NCBI GenBank assembly: GCA_964016885.1
Contig: OZ024743.1
Location: 174,716,001-174,780,000 of the forward strand
DNA: 64,000 nt
Reading direction: 5' to 3'
Source of the DNA: Eledone cirrhosa
Taxonomy: Eukaryota
Every line of letters starts with the position of its first letter. The stretch's first letter is position 1. Shown here piece by piece: positions 41,201 through 57,000 of the stretch. The notes under the pieces are model-generated. The model was not told the DNA's origin and made no database searches. It worked only from the letters and a program-made list of their open reading frames with translations. The translations under genes were made by a program, and so were the position numbers.

Positions 41201-44200
41201 ACTGTACCTGTTATATAGGATGTAGGTAGTCTTTGATATACTGTACCTGTTATATAGGATGTAGGTAGTCTTTGATATACTGTACCTGTTATATAGGATG
41301 TAGGTAGTCTTTGATATACTGTACCTGTTATATAGGATGTAGGTAGTGTTTGATATACTGTACCTGTTATATAGGATGTAGGTAGTCTTTGATATACTTT
41401 ACCTGTTATATAGGATGTAGGTAGTCTTTGATATACTGTACCTGTTATATAGGATGTAGGTAGTCTTTGATATACTGTACCTGTTATATAGGATGTAGGT
41501 AGTCTTTGATATACTGTACCTGTTATATAGGATGTAGGTAGTCTTTGATATACTGTACCTGTTATATAGGATGTAGGTAGTCTTTGATATACTGTACCTG
41601 TTATATGAGATGTAGGAAGTCTTTGATATACTCTACCTGTTATATGAGATGTAGGAAGTCTTTGATATGCTGTACCTGTTATATAGGATGTAGGTAGTCT
41701 TTGATATACTGTACCTGTTATATAGGATGTAGGTAGTCTTTGATATACTGTACCTGTTATATAGGATGTAGGTAGTCTTTGATATACTGTACCTGTTATA
41801 TAGGATGTAGGTAGTCTTTGATATACTGTACCTGTTATATAGGATGTAGGTAGTCTTTGATATACTGTACCTGTTATATAGGATGTAGGTAGTCTTTGAT
41901 ATACTGTACCTGTTACAGAGGATGTAGGTAGTCTTTGATATACTGTACCTGTTATATAGGATGTAGGTAGTCTTTGATATACTGTACCTGTTATATAGGA
42001 TGTAGGTAGTCTTTGATATACTGTACCTGTTATATAGGATGTAGGTAGTCTTTGATATACTGTACCTGTTATATAGGATGTAGGTAGTCTTTGATATACT
42101 ATACCTGTTATATAGGATGTAGTCTTTGATATACTGTACCTGTTATATAGGATGTAGGTAGTCTTTGATATACTGTACCTGTTATATGAGATGTAGGAAG
42201 TCTTTGATATACTGTACTTGTTATATAGGATGTAGGTAGTGTTTGATATACTGTACCTGTTATATAGGATGTAGGTAGTCTTTGATATACTGTACCTGTT
42301 ATATAGGATGTAGGTAGTCTTTGATATACTGTACCTGTTATATAGGATGTAGGTAGTGTTTGATATACTGTACCTGTTATATAGGATGTAGGTAGTCTTT
42401 GATATACTTTACCTGTTATATAGGATGTAGGTAGTCTTTGATATACTGTACCTGTTATATAGGATGTAGGTAGTCTTTGATATACTGTACCTGTTATATA
42501 GGATGTAGGTAGTCTTTGATATACTGTACCTGTTATATAGGATGTAGGTAGTGTTTGATATACTGTACCTGTTATATAGGATGTAGGTAGTCTTTGATAT
42601 ACTGTACCTGTTATATGAGATGTAGGAAGTCTTTGATATACTCTACCTGTTATATGAGATGTAGGAAGTCTTTGATATGCTGTACCTGTTATATAGGATG
42701 TAGGTAGTCTTTGATATACTGTACCTGTTATATAGGATGTAGGTAGTCTTTGATATACTGTACCTGTTATATAGGATGTAGGTAGTCTTTGATATACTGT
42801 ACCTGTTATATAGGATGTAGGTAGTCTTTGATATACTGTACCTGTTATATAGGATGTAGGTAGTCTTTGATATACTATACCTGTTATATAGGATGTAGTC
42901 TTTGATATACTGTACCTGTTATATAGGATGTAGGTAGTCTTTGATATACTGTACCTGTTATATGAGATGTAGGAAGTCTTTGATATACTGTACTTGTTAT
43001 ATAGGATGTAGGTAGTGTTTGATATACTGTACCTGTTATATAGGATGTAGGTAGTCTTTGATATACTGTACCTGTTATATAGGATGTAGGTAGTCTTTGA
43101 TATACTGTACCTGTTATATAGGATGTAGGTAGTGTTTGATATACTGTACCTGTTATATAGGATGTAGGTAGTCTTTGATATACTTTACCTGTTATATAGG
43201 ATGTAGGTAGTCTTTGATATACTGTACCTGTTATATAGGATGTAGGTAGTCTTTGATATACTGTACCTGTTATATAGGATGTAGGTAGTCTTTGATATAC
43301 TGTACCTGTTATATAGGATGTAGGTAGTGTTTGATATACTGTACCTGTTATATAGGATGTAGGTAGTCTTTGATATACTGTACCTGTTATATGAGATGTA
43401 GGAAGTCTTTGATATACTCTACCTGTTATATGAGATGTAGGAAGTCTTTGATATGCTGTACCTGTTATATAGGATGTAGGTAGTCTTTGATATACTGTAC
43501 CTGTTATATAGGATGTAGGTAGTCTTTGATATACTGTACCTGTTATATAGGATGTAGGTAGTCTTTGATATACTGTACCTGTTATATAGGATATAGGTAG
43601 TCTTTGATATACTGTACCTGTTATATAGGATGTAGGTAGTCTTTGATATACTGTACCTGTTATATAGGATGTAGGTAGTCTTTGATATACTGTACCTGTT
43701 ACAGAGGATGTAGGTAGTCTTTGATATACTGTACCTGTTATATAGGATGTAGGTAGTCTTTGATATACTGTACCTGTTATATAGGATGTAGGTAGTCTTT
43801 GATATACTGTACCTGTTATATAGGATGTAGGTAGTCTTTGATATACTGTACCTGTTATATAGGATGTAGGTAGTCTTTGATATACTGTACCTGTTATATA
43901 GGATGTAGGTAGTCTTTGATATACTGTACCTGTTATATAGGATGTAGGTAGTCTTTGATATACTGTACCTGTTATATAGGATGTAGGTAGTCTTTGATAT
44001 ACTGTACCTGTTATATAGGATGTAGGTAGTCTTTGATATACTGTACCTGTTATATAGGATGTAGGTAGTCTTTGATATACTGTACCTGTTATATAGGATG
44101 TAGGTAGTCTTTGATATACTGTACATGTTATATAGGATGTAGGTAGCCTTTGATATACTGTACCTGTTACATAGGATGTAGGTAGTCTTTGATATACTGT

Positions 44201-47200
44201 ACCTGTTACATAGGATGTAGGTAGTCTTTCATATACTGTACCTGTTATATAGGATGTAGGTAGTCTTTGATATACTGTACCTGTTATATCGGATGTAGGT
44301 AGTCTTTGATATACTGTACCTATTATATAGGATGTAGGTAGTCTTTGATATACTGTACCTGTTATATAGGATGTAGGTAGTCTTTGATATACTGTACCTG
44401 TTATATAGGATGTAGGTAGTCTTTGATATACTGTACCTGTTATATAGGATGTAGGTAGTCTTTGATATACTGTACCTGTTATATAGGATGTAGGTAGTCT
44501 TTGATATACTGTACCTGTTATATAGGATGTAGGTAGTCTTTGATATACTGTACATGTTATATAGGATGTAGGTAGTCTTTGATATACTGTACCTGTTACA
44601 TAGGATGTAGGTAGTCTTTGATATACTGTACCTGTTACATAGGATGTAGGTAGTCTTTCATATACTGTACCTGTTATATAGGATGTAGGTAGTCTTTGAT
44701 ATACTGTACCTGTTATATAGGATGTAGGTAGTCTTTGATATACTGTACCTGTTATATGAGATGTAGGAAGTCTTTGATATACTCTACCTGTTATATGAGA
44801 TGTAGGAAGTCTTTGATATGCTGTACCTGTTATATAGGATGTAGGTAGTCTTTGATATACTGTACCTGTTATATAGGATGTAGGTAGTCTTTGATATACT
44901 GTACCTGTTATATAGGATGTAGGTAGTCTTTGATATACTGTACCTGTTATATAGGATGTAGGTAGTCTTTGATATACTGTACCTGTTATATAGGATGTAG
45001 GTAGTCTTTGATATACTGTACCTGTTATATAGGATGTAGGTAGTCTTTGATATACTGTACCTGTTACAGAGGATGTAGGTAGTCTTTGATATACTGTACC
45101 TGTTATATAGGATGTAGGTAGTCTTTGATATACTGTACCTGTTATATAGGATGTAGGTAGTCTTTGATATACTGTACCTGTTATATAGGATGTAGGTAGT
45201 CTTTGATATACTGTACCTGTTATATAGGATGTAGGTAGTCTTTGATATACTATACCTGTTATATAGGATGTAGTCTTTGATATACTGTACCTGTTATATA
45301 GGATGTAGGTAGTCTTTGATATACTGTACCTGTTATATGAGATGTAGGAAGTCTTTGATATACTGTACTTGTTATATAGGATGTAGGTAGTGTTTGATAT
45401 ACTGTACCTGTTATATAGGATGTAGGTAGTCTTTGATATACTGTACCTGTTATATAGGATGTAGGTAGTCTTTGATATACTGTACCTGTTATATAGGATG
45501 TAGGTAGTGTTTGATATACTGTACCTGTTATATAGGATGTAGGTAGTCTTTGATATACTTTACCTGTTATATAGGATGTAGGTAGTCTTTGATATACTGT
45601 ACCTGTTATATAGGATGTAGGTAGTCTTTGATATACTGTACCTGTTATATAGGATGTAGGTAGTCTTTGATATACTGTACCTGTTATATAGGATGTAGGT
45701 AGTGTTTGATATACTGTACCTGTTATATAGGATGTAGGTAGTCTTTGATATACTGTACCTGTTATATGAGATGTAGGAAGTCTTTGATATACTCTACCTG
45801 TTATATGAGATGTAGGAAGTCTTTGATATGCTGTACCTGTTATATAGGATGTAGGTAGTCTTTGATATACTGTACCTGTTATATAGGATGTAGGTAGTCT
45901 TTGATATACTGTACCTGTTATATAGGATGTAGGTAGTCTTTGATATACTGTACCTGTTATATAGGATGTAGGTAGTCTTTGATATACTGTACCTGTTATA
46001 TAGGATGTAGGTAGTCTTTGATATACTATACCTGTTATATAGGATGTAGTCTTTGATATACTGTACCTGTTATATAGGATGTAGGTAGTCTTTGATATAC
46101 TGTACCTGTTATATGAGATGTAGGAAGTCTTTGATATACTGTACTTGTTATATAGGATGTAGGTAGTGTTTGATATACTGTACCTGTTATATAGGATGTA
46201 GGTAGTCTTTGATATACTGTACCTGTTATATAGGATGTAGGTAGTCTTTGATATACTGTACCTGTTATATAGGATGTAGGTAGTGTTTGATATACTGTAC
46301 CTGTTATATAGGATGTAGGTAGTCTTTGATATACTTTACCTGTTATATAGGATGTAGGTAGTCTTTGATATACTGTACCTGTTATATAGGATGTAGGTAG
46401 TCTTTGATATACTGTACCTGTTATATAGGATGTAGGTAGTCTTTGATATACTGTACCTGTTATATAGGATGTAGGTAGTGTTTGATATACTGTACCTGTT
46501 ATATAGGATGTAGGTAGTCTTTGATATACTGTACCTGTTATATGAGATGTAGGAAGTCTTTGATATACTCTACCTGTTATATGAGATGTAGGAAGTCTTT
46601 GATATGCTGTACCTGTTATATAGGATGTAGGTAGTCTTTGATATACTGTACCTGTTATATAGGATGTAGGTAGTCTTTGATATACTGTACCTGTTATATA
46701 GGATGTAGGTAGTCTTTGATATACTGTACCTGTTATATAGGATATAGGTAGTCTTTGATATACTGTACCTGTTATATAGGATGTAGGTAGTCTTTGATAT
46801 ACTGTACCTGTTATATAGGATGTAGGTAGTCTTTGATATACTGTACCTGTTACAGAGGATGTAGGTAGTCTTTGATATACTGTACCTGTTATATAGGATG
46901 TAGGTAGTCTTTGATATACTGTACCTGTTATATAGGATGTAGGTAGTCTTTGATATACTGTACCTGTTATATAGGATGTAGGTAGTCTTTGATATACTGT
47001 ACCTGTTATATAGGATGTAGGTAGTCTTTGATATACTGTACCTGTTATATAGGATGTAGGTAGTCTTTGATATACTGTACCTGTTATATAGGATGTAGGT
47101 AGTCTTTGATATACTGTACCTGTTATATAGGATGTAGGTAGTCTTTGATATACTGTACCTGTTATATAGGATGTAGGTAGTCTTTGATATACTGTACCTG

Positions 47201-50200
47201 TTATATAGGATGTAGGTAGTCTTTGATATACTGTACCTGTTATATAGGATGTAGGTAGTCTTTGATATACTGTACATGTTATATAGGATGTAGGTAGCCT
47301 TTGATATACTGTACCTGTTACATAGGATGTAGGTAGTCTTTGATATACTGTACCTGTTACATAGGATGTAGGTAGTCTTTCATATACTGTACCTGTTATA
47401 TAGGATGTAGGTAGTCTTTGATATACTGTACCTGTTATATCGGATGTAGGTAGTCTTTGATATACTGTACCTATTATATAGGATGTAGGTAGTCTTTGAT
47501 ATACTGTACCTGTTATATAGGATGTAGGTAGTCTTTGATATACTGTACCTGTTATATAGGATGTAGGTAGTCTTTGATATACTGTACCTGTTATATAGGA
47601 TGTAGGTAGTCTTTGATATACTGTACCTGTTATATAGGATGTAGGTAGTCTTTGATATACTGTACCTGTTATATAGGATGTAGGTAGTCTTTGATATACT
47701 GTACATGTTATATAGGATGTAGGTAGTCTTTGATATACTGTACCTGTTACATAGGATGTAGGTAGTCTTTGATATACTGTACCTGTTACATAGGATGTAG
47801 GTAGTCTTTCATATACTGTACCTGTTATATAGGATGTAGGTAGTCTTTGATATACTGTACCTGTTATATCGGATGTAGGTAGTCTTTGATATACTGTACC
47901 TATTATATAGGATGTAGGTAGTCTTTGATATACTGTACCTGTTATATAGGATGTAGGTAGTCTTTGATATACTGTACCTGTTATACAGGATGTAGGTAGT
48001 CTTTGATATACTGTACCGGTTATATAGGATGTAGGTAGTCTTTGATATACTGTACCTGTTATATAGGATGTAGGTAGTCTTTGAAATACTGTACCTATTA
48101 TATGAGATGTAGGAAGTCTTTCATATACTGTACCTGTTATATAGGATGTAGGTAGTCTTTGATATACTGTACCTGTTATATAGGATGTAGGTAGTCTTTG
48201 ATACACTGTACCTGTTAAATAGGATGTAGGTAGTCTTTGATATACTGTACCTGTTATATAGGATGTTGGTAGTCTTTGATATACTGTACCTGTTATATAG
48301 GATGTAGGTAGTCTTTGATATACCGTACCTGTTATATAGGATATAGGTAGTCTTTGATATACTGTACCTGTTATATAGGATGTAGGTAGTGTTTGATATA
48401 CTGTACCTGTTACATAGGATGTAGGTAGTCTTTGATATACTGTACCTGTTATACAGGATGTATGTAGTCTTTGGTATACTGTACCTGTTACATAGGATGT
48501 AGGTAGTCTTTGATATACTTTACCTGTTATATAGGATGTAGGTAGTCTTTGATATACTGTACATGTTATATAGGATGTAGGTAGTCTTTGATATACTGTA
48601 CCTGTTACATAGGATGTAGGTAGTCTTTGATATACTGTACCTGTTACATAGGATGTAGGTAGTCTTTCATATACTGTACCTGTTATATAGGATGTAGGTA
48701 GTCTTTGATATACTGTACCTGTTATATAGGATGTAGGTAGTCTTTGATATACTGTACCTGCTATATAGGATGTAGGTAGTCTTTGATATACTGTACATGT
48801 TATATAGGATGTAGGTAGTCTTTGATATACTGTACCTGTTATATAGGATGTAGGTAGTCTTTGATATACTGTACCTGTTATATAGGATGTAGGTAGTCTT
48901 TGATATACTGTACCTGTTATATAGGATGTAGGTAGTGTTTGATATACTCTACATGTTATATAGGATGTAGGTAGTCTTTGATATACTGTACCTGTTACAT
49001 AGGATGTAGGTAGTCTTTGATATACTGTACCTGTTACATAGGATGTAGGTAGTCTTTCATATACTGTACCTGTTATATAGGATGTAGGTAGTCTTTGATA
49101 TACTGTACCTGTTATATAGGATGTAGGTAGTCTTTGATATACTGTACCTATTATATAGGATGTAGGTAGTCTTTGATATACTGTACCTGTTATATAGGAT
49201 GTAGGTAGTCTTTGATATACTGTACCTGTTATATAGGATGTAGGTAGTCTTTGATATACTGTACCTGTTATATAGGATGTAGGTAGTCTTTGATATACTG
49301 TACCTATTATATAGGATGTAGGTAGTCTTTGATATACTGTACCTGTTATATAGGATGTAGGTAGTCTTTGATATACTGTACCTGTTATATAGGATGTAGG
49401 TAGTCTTTGATATACTGTACCTGTTATATAGGATGTAGGTAGTGTTTGATATACTGTACCTGTTATATAGGATGTAGGTAGTCTTTGATATACTGTACCT
49501 GTTATATGAGATATAGGAAGTCTTTGATATACTGTACCTGTTATATAGGATGTCGGTAGTCTTTGATATACTGTACCTGTTATATGAAATGTAGGAAGTC
49601 TTTGATATACTGTACCTGTTATATAGGATGTAATTAGTCTTTGATATACTGTACCTGTTATATAGGATGTCGGTAGTCTTTGATATACTGTACCTGTTAT
49701 ATAGGATGTAGGTAGTCTTTGATATACTGTACCTGTTATATAGGATGTAGGTAGTCTTTGATATACTGTACCTGTTATATAGGATGTAGGTAGTCTTTGA
49801 TATACTGTACTTGTTATATAGGATGTAGGTAGTCTTTGATATACTATACCTGTTATATAGGATGTAGTCTTTGATATACTGTACCTGTTATATAGGATGT
49901 AGGTAGTCTTTGATATACTGTACCTGTTATATGAGATGTAGGAAGTCTTTGATATACTGTACTTGTTATATAGGATGTAGGTAGTGTTTGATATACTGTA
50001 CCTGTTATATAGGATGTAGGTAGTCTTTGATATACTGTACCTGTTATATAGGATGTAGGTAGTCTTTGATATACTGTACCTGTTATATAGGATGTAGGTA
50101 GTCTTTGATATACTGTACCTGTTATATAGGATGTAGGTAGTCTTTGATATACTGTACCTGTTATATAGGATGTAGGTAGTGTTTGATATACTGTACCTGT

Positions 50201-53200
50201 TATATAGGATGTAGGTAGTCTTTGATATACTTTACCTGTTATATAGGATGTAGGTAGTGTTTGATATACTGTACCTGTTATATAGGATGTAGGTAGTCTT
50301 TGATATACTTTACCTGTTATATAGGATGTAGGTAGTCTTTGATATACTGTACCTGTTATATAGGATGTAGGTAGTCTTTGATATACTGTACCTGTTATAT
50401 AGGATGTAGGTAGTCTTTGATATACTGTACCTGTTATATAGGATGTAGGTAGTCTTTGATATACTGTACCTGTTATATAGGATGTAGGTAGTGTTTGATA
50501 TACTGTACCTGTTATATAGGATGTAGGTAGTCTTTGATATACTTTACCTGTTATATAGGATGTAGGTAGTCTTTGATATACTGTACCTGTTATATAGGAT
50601 GTAGGTAGTCTTTGATATACTGTACCTGTTATATAGGATGTAGGTAGTCTTTGATATACTGTACCTGTTATATAGGATGTAGGTAGTGTTTGATATACTG
50701 TACCTGTTATATAGGATGTAGGTAGTCTTTGATATACTGTACCTGTTATATGAGATGTAGGAAGTCTTTGATATACTCTACCTGTTATATGAGATGTAGG
50801 AAGTCTTTGATATGCTGTACCTGTTATATAGGATGTAGGTAGTCTTTGATATACTGTACCTGTTATATAGGATGTAGGTAGTCTTTGATATACTGTACCT
50901 GTTATATAGGATGTAGGTAGTCTTTGATATACTGTACCTGTTATATAGGATGTAGGTAGTCTTTGATATACTGTACCTGTTATATAGGATGTAGGTAGTC
51001 TTTGATATACTGTACCTGTTATATAGGATGTAGGTAGTCTTTGATATACTGTACCTGTTACAGAGGATGTAGGTAGTCTTTGATATACTGTACCTGTTAT
51101 ATAGGATGTAGGTAGTCTTTGATATACTGTACCTGTTATATAGGATGTAGGTAGTCTTTGATATACTGTACCTGTTATATAGGATGTAGGTAGTCTTTGA
51201 TATACTGTACCTGTTATATAGGATGTAGGTAGTCTTTGATATACTGTACCTGTTATATAGGATGTAGGTAGTCTTTGATATACTGTACCTGTTATATAGG
51301 ATGTAGGTAGTCTTTGATATACTGTACCTGTTATATAGGATGTAGGTAGTCTTTGATATACTGTACCTGTTATATAGGATGTAGGTAGTCTTTGATATAC
51401 TGTACCTGTTATATAGGATGTAGGTAGTCTTTGATATACTGTACCTGTTATATAGGATGTAGGTAGTCTTTGATATACTGTACATGTTATATAGGATGTA
51501 GGTAGCCTTTGATATACTGTACCTGTTACATAGGATGTAGGTAGTCTTTGATATACTGTACCTGTTACATAGGATGTAGGTAGTCTTTCATATACTGTAC
51601 CTGTTATATAGGATGTAGGTAGTCTTTGATATACTGTACCTGTTATATCGGATGTAGGTAGTCTTTGATATACTGTACCTATTATATAGGATGTAGGTAG
51701 TCTTTGATATACTGTACCTGTTATATAGGATGTAGGTAGTCTTTGATATACTGTACCTGTTATATAGGATGTAGGTAGTCTTTGATATACTGTACCTGTT
51801 ATATAGGATGTAGGTAGTCTTTGATATACTGTACCTGTTATATAGGATGTAGGTAGTCTTTGATATACTGTACCTGTTATATAGGATGTAGGTAGTCTTT
51901 GATATACTGTACATGTTATATAGGATGTAGGTAGTCTTTGATATACTGTACCTGTTACATAGGATGTAGGTAGTCTTTGATATACTGTACCTGTTACATA
52001 GGATGTAGGTAGTCTTTCATATACTGTACCTGTTATATAGGATGTAGGTAGTCTTTGATATACTGTACCTGTTATATCGGATGTAGGTAGTCTTTGATAT
52101 ACTGTACCTATTATATAGGATGTAGGTAATCTTTGATATACTGTACCTGTTATATAGGATGTAGGTAGTCTTTGATATACTGTACCTGTTATATAGGATG
52201 TAGGTAGTCTTTGATATACTGTACCTGTTATATAGGATGTAGGTAGTCTTTGATATACTGTACCTGTTATATAGGATGTAGGTAGTCTTTGAAATACTGT
52301 ACCTATTATATGAGATGTAGGAAGTCTTTCATATACTGTACCTGTTATATAGGATGTAGGTAGTCTTTGATATACTGTACCTGTTATATAGGATGTAGGT
52401 AGTCTTTGATACACTGTACCTGTTAAATAGGATGTAGGTAGTCTTTGATATACTGTACCTGTTATATAGGATGTTGGTAGTCTTTGATATACTGTACCTG
52501 TTATATAGGATGTAGGTAGTCTTTGATATACTGTACCTGTTATATAGGATATAGGTAGTCTTTGATATACTGTACCTGTTATATAGGATGTAGGTAGTGT
52601 TTGATATACTGTACCTGTTACATAGGATGTAGGTAGTCTTTGATATACTGTACCTGTTATACAGGATGTATGTAGTCTTTGGTATACTGTACCTGTTACA
52701 TAGGATGTAGGTAGTCTTTGATATACTTTACCTGTTATATAGGATGTAGGTAGTCTTTGATATACTGTACATGTTATATAGGATGTAGGTAGTCTTTGAT
52801 ATACTGTACCTGTTACATAGGATGTAGGTAGTCTTTGATATACTGTACCTGTTACATAGGATGTAGGTAGTCTTTCATATACTGTACCTGTTATATAGGA
52901 TGTAGGTAGTCTTTGATATACTGTACCTGTTATATAGGATGTAGGTAGTCTTTGATATACTGTACCTGCTATATAGGATGTAGGTAGTCTTTGATATACT
53001 GTACATGTTATATAGGATGTAGGTAGTCTTTGATATACTGTACCTGTTATATAGGATGTAGGTAGTCTTTGATATACTGTACCTGTTATATAGGATGTAG
53101 GTAGTCTTTGATATACTGTACCTGTTATATAGGATGTAGGTAGTGTTTGATATACTCTACATGTTATATAGGATGTAGGTAGTCTTTGATATACTGTACC

Positions 53201-54000
53201 TGTTACATAGGATGTAGGTAGTCTTTGATATACTGTACCTGTTACATAGGATGTAGGTAGTCTTTCATATACTGTACCTGTTATATAGGATGTAGGTAGT
53301 CTTTGATATACTGTACCTGTTATATAGGATGTAGGTAGTCTTTGATACACTGTACCTGTTAAATAGGATGTAGGTAGTCTTTGATATACTGTACCTGTTA
53401 TATAGGATGTTGGTAGTCTTTGATATACTGTACCTGTTATATAGGATGTAGGTAGTCTTTGATATACTGTACCTGTTATATAGGATATAGGTAGTCTTTG
53501 ATATACTGTACCTGTTATATAGGATGTAGGTAGTGTTTGATATACTGTACCTGTTACATAGGATGTAGGTAGTCTTTGATATACTGTACCTGTTATACAG
53601 GATGTATGTAGTCTTTGGTATACTGTACCTGTTACATAGGATGTAGGTAGTCTTTGATATACTTTACCTGTTATATAGGATGTAGGTAGTCTTTGATATA
53701 CTGTACATGTTATATAGGATGTAGGTAGTCTTTGATATACTGTACCTGTTACATAGGATGTAGGTAGTCTTTGATATACTGTACCTGTTACATAGGATGT
53801 AGGTAGTCTTTCATATACTGTACCTGTTATATAGGATGTAGGTAGTCTTTGATATACTGTACCTGTTATATAGGATGTAGGTAGTCTTTGATATACTGTA
53901 CCTGCTATATAGGATGTAGGTAGTCTTTGATATACTGTACATGTTATATAGGATGTAGGTAGTCTTTGATATACTGTACCTGTTATATAGGATGTAGGTA
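35280..54000. repeat. Irregular multi-kb higher-order repeats of domain R (offsets 4438/4477, 3151 and 4208 bp = 114/115, 81 and 108 monomers) with nested 11-, 20-, 24- and 28-monomer duplications
   Basis: CTTTCATA at 35397/39835; 35-bp units at 36554/41031; identical 235-aa and 108-aa translations starting at 44126/47277/51485 and 44555/47706/51914; GATACAC at 48204/52412/53348. Confidence 0.88.
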
Positions 54001-54019
54001 GTCTTTGATATACTGTACC

Positions 54020-57000
54020 TGTTATATGAGATATAGGAAGTCTTTGATATACTGTACCTGTTATATAGGATGTCGGTAGTCTTTGATATACTGTACCTGT
54101 TATATGAAATGTAGGAAGTCTTTGATATACTGTACCTGTTATATAGGATGTAATTAGTCTTTGATATACTGTACCTGTTATATAGGATGTCGGTAGTCTT
54201 TGATATACTGTACCTGTTATATAGGATGTAGGTAGTCTTTGATATACTGTACCTGTTATATAGGATGTAGGTAGTCTTTGATATACTGTACCTGTTATAT
54301 AGGATGTAGGTAGTCTTTGATATACTGTACTTGTTATATAGGATGTAGGTAGTCTTTGATATACTATACCTGTTATATAGGATGTAGTCTTTGATATACT
54401 GTACCTGTTATATAGGATGTAGGTAGTCTTTGATATACTGTACCTGTTATATGAGATGTAGGAAGTCTTTGATATACTGTACTTGTTATATAGGATGTAG
54501 GTAGTGTTTGATATACTGTACCTGTTATATAGGATGTAGGTAGTCTTTGATATACTGTACCTGTTATATAGGATGTAGGTAGTCTTTGATATACTGTACC
54601 TGTTATATAGGATGTAGGTAGTCTTTGATATACTGTACCTGTTATATAGGATGTAGGTAGTCTTTGATATACTGTACCTGTTATATAGGATGTAGGTAGT
54701 GTTTGATATACTGTACCTGTTATATAGGATGTAGGTAGTCTTTGATATACTTTACCTGTTATATAGGATGTAGGTAGTCTTTGATATACTGTACCTGTTA
54801 TATAGGATGTAGGTAGTCTTTGATATACTGTACCTGTTATATAGGATGTAGGTAGTCTTTGATATACTGTACCTGTTATATAGGATGTAGGTAGTCTTTG
54901 ATATACTGTACCTGTTTTATAGGATGTAGGTAGTCTTTGATATACTGTACCTGTTATATGAGATGTAGGAAGTCTTTGATATACTCTACCTGTTATATGA
55001 GATGTAGGAAGTCTTTGATATGCTGTACCTGTTATATAGGATGTAGGTTGTCTTTGATATACTGTACCTGTTATATAGGATGTAGGTAGTCTTTGATATA
55101 CTGTACCTGTTATATAGGATGTAGGTAGTCTTTGATATACTGTACCTGTTATATAGGATGTAGGTAGTCTTTGATATACTGTACCTGTTATATAGAATGT
55201 AGGTAGTCTTTGATATACTGTACCTGTTATATAGGATGTAGGTAGTCTTTGATATACTGTACCTGTTACAGAGGATGTAGGTAGTCTTTGATATACTGTA
55301 CCTGTTATATAGGATGTAGGTAGTCTTTGATATACTGTACCTGTTATATAGGATGTAGGTAGTCTTTGATATACTGTACCTGTTATATAGGATGTAGGTA
55401 GTCTTTGATATACTGTACCTGTTATATAGGATGTAGGTAGTCTTTGATATACTATACCTGTTATATAGGATGTAGTCTTTGATATACTGTACCTGTTATA
55501 TAGGATGTAGGTAGTCTTTGATATACTGTACCTGTTATATGAGATGTAGGAAGTCTTTGATATACTGTACTTGTTATATAGGATGTAGGTAGTGTTTGAT
55601 ATACTGTACCTGTTATATAGGATGTAGGTAGTCTTTGATATACTGTACCTGTTATATAGGATGTAGGTAGTCTTTGATATACTGTACCTGTTATATAGGA
55701 TGTAGGTAGTGTTTGATATACTGTACCTGTTATATAGGATGTAGGTAGTCTTTGATATACTTTACCTGTTATATAGGATGTAGGTAGTCTTTGATATACT
55801 GTACCTGTTATATAGGATATAGGTAGTCTTTGATATACTGTACCTGTTATATCGGATGTAGGTAGTCTTTGATATACTGTACCTATTATATAGGATGTAG
55901 GTAGTCTTTGATATACTGTACCTGTTATATAGGATGTAGGTAGTCTTTGATATACTGTACCTGTTATATAGGATGTAGGTAGTCTTTGATATACTGTACC
56001 TGTTATATAGGATGTAGGTAGTCTTTGATATACTGTACCTGTTATATAGGATGTAGGTAGTCTTTGAAATACTGTACCTATTATATGAGATGTAGGAAGT
56101 CTTTCATATACTGTACCTGTTATATAGGATGTAGGTAGTCTTTGATATACTGTACCTGTTATATAGGATGTAGGTAGTCTTTGATACACTGTACCTGTTA
56201 AATAGGATGTAGGTAGTCTTTGATATACTGTACCTGTTATATAGGATGTTGGTAGTCTTTGATATACTGTACCTGTTATATAGGATGTAGGTAGTCTTTG
56301 ATATACTGTACCTGTTATATAGGATATAGGTAGTCTTTGATATACTGTACCTGTTATATAGGATGTAGGTAGTGTTTGATATACTGTACCTGTTACATAG
56401 GATGTAGGTAGTCTTTGATATACTGTACCTGTTATACAGGATGTATGTAGTCTTTGGTATACTGTACCTGTTACATAGGATGTAGGTAGTCTTTGATATA
56501 CTGTACCTGTTATATAGGATGTAGGTAGTCTTTGATATACTGTACCTGTTATATAGGATGTAGGTAGTCTTTGATATACTGTACCTGTTATATAGGATGT
56601 AGGTAGTCTTTGATATACTGTAGCTGTTATATAGGATATAGGTAGTCTTTGATATACTGTACCTGTTATATAGGATGTAGGTAGTCTTTGATATACTGTA
56701 CCTGTTATATAGGATGTAGGTAGTCTTTGATATACTGTACCTGTTATATAGGATGTAGGTAGTCTTTGATATACTGTACCTGTTATATAGGATGTAGGTA
56801 GTCTTTGATATACTGTACCTGTTATATAGGATGTAGGTAGTCTTTGATATATTGTACCTATTATATGAGATGTAGGAAGTTTTTGATATACTGTACCTGT
56901 TATATAGGATGTAGGTAGTCTTTGATATACTGTACCTGTTATATAGGATGTAGGTAGTCTTTGATATACTATACCTGTTATATAGGATGTAGTCTTTGAT

